Shown here: piece after piece, positions 52,688 to 64,000 of the stretch | How the letters are laid out: every line of letters begins with the position of its first letter | Position numbering within the stretch: position 1 is the first letter of the stretch | Assembly (NCBI RefSeq): GCF_009914755.1 | Contig: NC_060936.1 | Length of the DNA stretch: 64,000 nucleotides | DNA from: the human T2T-CHM13v2.0 reference genome, Homo sapiens | Strand: one strand, 5' to 3' | Notes under the pieces: model-generated | The model's input: the letters and a program-made list of their open reading frames with translations, nothing else | The model's database searches: none | What the model was told of the DNA's origin: nothing | Position numbers and translations under genes: made by a program

Positions 52688-53095
52688 ATGTTAGGCTATT
52701 CTTGCGTTGCTCTAAAATAATGCCTGAGACTGGATAATTTATAAAGAAAAGAGGTTTAATTGGCTTATGGCTCTACAGGCTGTACAGGCATGGTGCTGGT
52801 ATTTGCCTAGCTTCTGGGGAGGCCTTAGGGAGCTTTTACTCGTGGCAGAAGGTGAAGGAGGAGCAGGCATGTCACATGACCAGAGCAGAAGCAAGAGAGT
52901 TAGAGTGGGAAGTGGCACACACTTTTAAAACACCAGATCTTGAGAGAACTCAATCAGCACCAAAGGGATCGTGCTAAGACATTGATGAGGGATTCGCTGT
53001 CATGATCCAAACACCTCCCACCAGGCCCCACTTCCAATATTGGAGATTACAATTCAACATGAGATTTGGTGGGGACATATATTCAAACTACATCA
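52688..53095 (-). mobile_element. MST (MaLR) solo LTR
   Basis: cctgagactggataatttataaagaaaagaggtttaattggct...ccaaacacctcccaccaggcccc...gagatttggtggggaca...catca. Confidence 0.85.
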
Positions 53096-53282
53096 GGGGT
53101 CTACTAGAGAGGGGAGGGAGGCAGACAAGGGTTGAAAAACTACCTTTTGGGAACTATGGTCATTACCTCGGTGATGGGATCAATTATCCCCAAACCTCAG
53201 CATCATTCAGTATACCTATGTAACAAACCTGCACGTTTACCCCCTGAATCTAAAATAAAAATTGAAATTATTAAAAAAAAGA
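53096..53282 (+). mobile_element. Short L1PA/PB 3' end with poly(A)
   Basis: agggttgaaaaactacc...ccaaacctcagcatc...gtaacaaacctgcacg...ccccctgaatctaaaataaaa. Confidence 0.8.
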
Positions 53283-54219
53283 TAATTGTAAGTCGCTTCA
53301 AAAAAATCCTGTGTAGGCCAATATGACATAAGGCGAACCAAATAGATTTGCTGGCCAGGTTTGGCCATAGGCCACAAATTTAGAGCCTCTGGTTTGACGT
53401 GTTTTATCTCAGTGGCCTTCCTTTCTGACGGCTTCACTTGTGTGGTGGGAGGCTGAGGGTGGCGACTTGGGATTCATGTATTTCTGCTCTCCCTTGTGAA
53501 GGGGTGAGGTGGGATTATGAGTAATTTATTTGCATGAGGCGCCTCTTGGGAAATAACTCACCCAAAGAGAAGAAGGCACGTGGCAGGATACGCTCAACTC
53601 GGTAACAAAAATCTCAGGGTCAGAATTGACGTGTGGCTCTCCTGCATTGTACTGTAACTCTGGGAGGGCCAGGACTGTGTCCATTTTGTTTACACCGTAT
53701 AGGGTAAGCATAGAGCCTGGCCCAACTGTAGATACTCAATGAGTATTGGCTGACTGATTGAATTCATATTACTGCCCTGTGCATGTCCCCTAATTTGATG
53801 TTCACCTCAACCCTGATGAATTCATGTCTGGATCCCACAGGCCATATGTAAAAAATGCAGGAATCGTGTCACTGAAAACTCAGAAAGGCATTGGGAATGC
53901 TTTCACACTGCCTTGGTGCTCCCTAAAAAGAGTAACCAAAAAATAAAAGGAAGTGTTTTCCTCCTCTCCATTCCTTTCCTCACTCTACACTGCTGTGCAG
54001 CTTTAGTCCTTGTGGGCTTCTGTGTAATGGCGGGGGCCTCCCACCAGGAGATGACACTGCTGGGGTGTTCTGGTCCTCACTGTATAGTGTGGAAGGTGCT
54101 GGGTGCTAACAGACAGATGTGTTTATGAACACGGGGCTGGAGAGCCTAAGTGGGTGGAAGAAGAGAGCCAGAGAAACGTTAATAGGACCCCAGGTCCACC
54201 CACAGGATGGAAAAATATG

Positions 54220-56379
<2,160 letters not shown>

Positions 56380-56464
56380 TGATCCGCCCGCCTTGGCCTC
56401 CCAAAGTGCTGGGATTACAGGCGTGAGCCCCCGCGCCCGGCTGGGACATGTTTATTTTTTAAAA

Positions 56465-62775
<6,311 letters not shown>

Positions 62776-63329
62776 TAAGGGCGTGGTGGTTGTGCTGGAA
62801 TCCCAGGCCAGACAGCCCTTCCCAATGAGCAGAAGGTACATGCATTGGCATTCATCAAGAAAACAACTCGACCCACAGAGAACAGAGAAAACAAGACAGG
62901 ATGACCACCCACCCGGGAGTGACACCTAGTAACAACCTCAGTTCAAAAGTCTGCTGAGGGTGCTGCTTTCAGCTGAAATGAACATGAGGGTGTGGGGAAA
63001 GCCCTCCTTAGGAAGAAGGCTTTTTAGGTCTTAGTGAGTCCAAAAAAGAGGAGTGGCAGAAGTCATAAAAGAGGCACACGATGGAAATGTCTGTCCTTTT
63101 TAATATCATGGAGGCTGCTAGAGTTCTAACTAGGGAGAGCTCACCAACTAACAAGGCACTGAAGAGCCCACAGCTTGGGGCTCATGGGGACAAGGTCAGG
63201 AGATGGTGGGAGGGGATGCAAATTTAGAAGTTCCACCTACGAGGATCCCGATATGGCAAGTACAAAATGCCCAATTAACCTTTTTCTACATGTTTTCTTC
63301 CAATGGTGTTTAAGTTCACAGGACATAGA

Positions 63330-63618
<289 letters not shown>

Positions 63619-64000
63619 CCACAGGACATGGATTCTGAACAACTGGCATAAATCGACTGGCCTCAAGGTAAGGTTTTAAACTAAGCTTAAGCTTTTCTGT
63701 TGCCCTCAGATACCACTGAATTTCTTCTTCAGATTTTGGTGACATTAAGTGGTGGTTTCTGGAAATACAATTTTAATTTTGCTTGGGATGATTGTCTTGG
63801 GGTCTGGGGATAGCTCATTTTCTAAATTTTGTGGTTGTGGGGCTGGTGTTGCAATATTCTTGTGTCTCATTAACTTTCTGGAATTTTAAAAACAGACTCA
63901 TGGAAGGTTTGCCTCAGAACTCAGTCTTTGAAGCCTTGGAGGAACTAACCTGTTCCAGCCCAGGCCGCAGCTTCGGAAGGGACCACAGCTCTGCCCAGGG

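Overview
Human genomic DNA. It is Alu-dense (about 60 Alu copies/fragments by eye) and includes a human-specific AluYb8. I recognise it as the LPCAT3 (MBOAT5) locus, which from memory is 12p13.31. The only true coding sequence is LPCAT3 coding exon 1 on the minus strand (25894->25744, 151 nt, phase-1 GT donor). It sits in a CpG-island promoter with GC boxes, four CCAAT boxes, an SRE-like motif and an ABCA1-type DR4 LXR element. Bases 1-25743 are part of LPCAT3 intron 1. Bases ~26.5-64 kb are upstream intergenic sequence (from memory, toward C1S) made almost entirely of nested mobile elements. These include a solo LTR7 inside an Alu, LTR8- and MER39-like LTRs in a Tigger3, and a ~12.7 kb fragmented ERV-L provirus (gag/RT/RNaseH/IN/dUTPase plus an MLT2 LTR). 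That provirus hosts MER4, MER52, a MER66-like LTR with a 27/28-bp minisatellite, and an RPL37 retrocopy. Further on are HSMAR2, a solo LTR12C, a ZNF655 short-isoform retrocopy with an open KRAB-containing frame, and a near-full-length old L1PA. Nearly all ORFs in the supplied track are repeat-derived artefacts. I see no convincing new multi-gene system. The best leads are regulatory or RNA-processing hypotheses: a candidate recursive splice site in intron 1, LTR7 and LTR12C as alternative promoters, an E-box/AP-1 minisatellite, the KRAB-only retro-ORF, and an 85-bp templated local duplication. Repeat subfamily names come from recalled consensus sequences and need RepeatMasker/Dfam confirmation.
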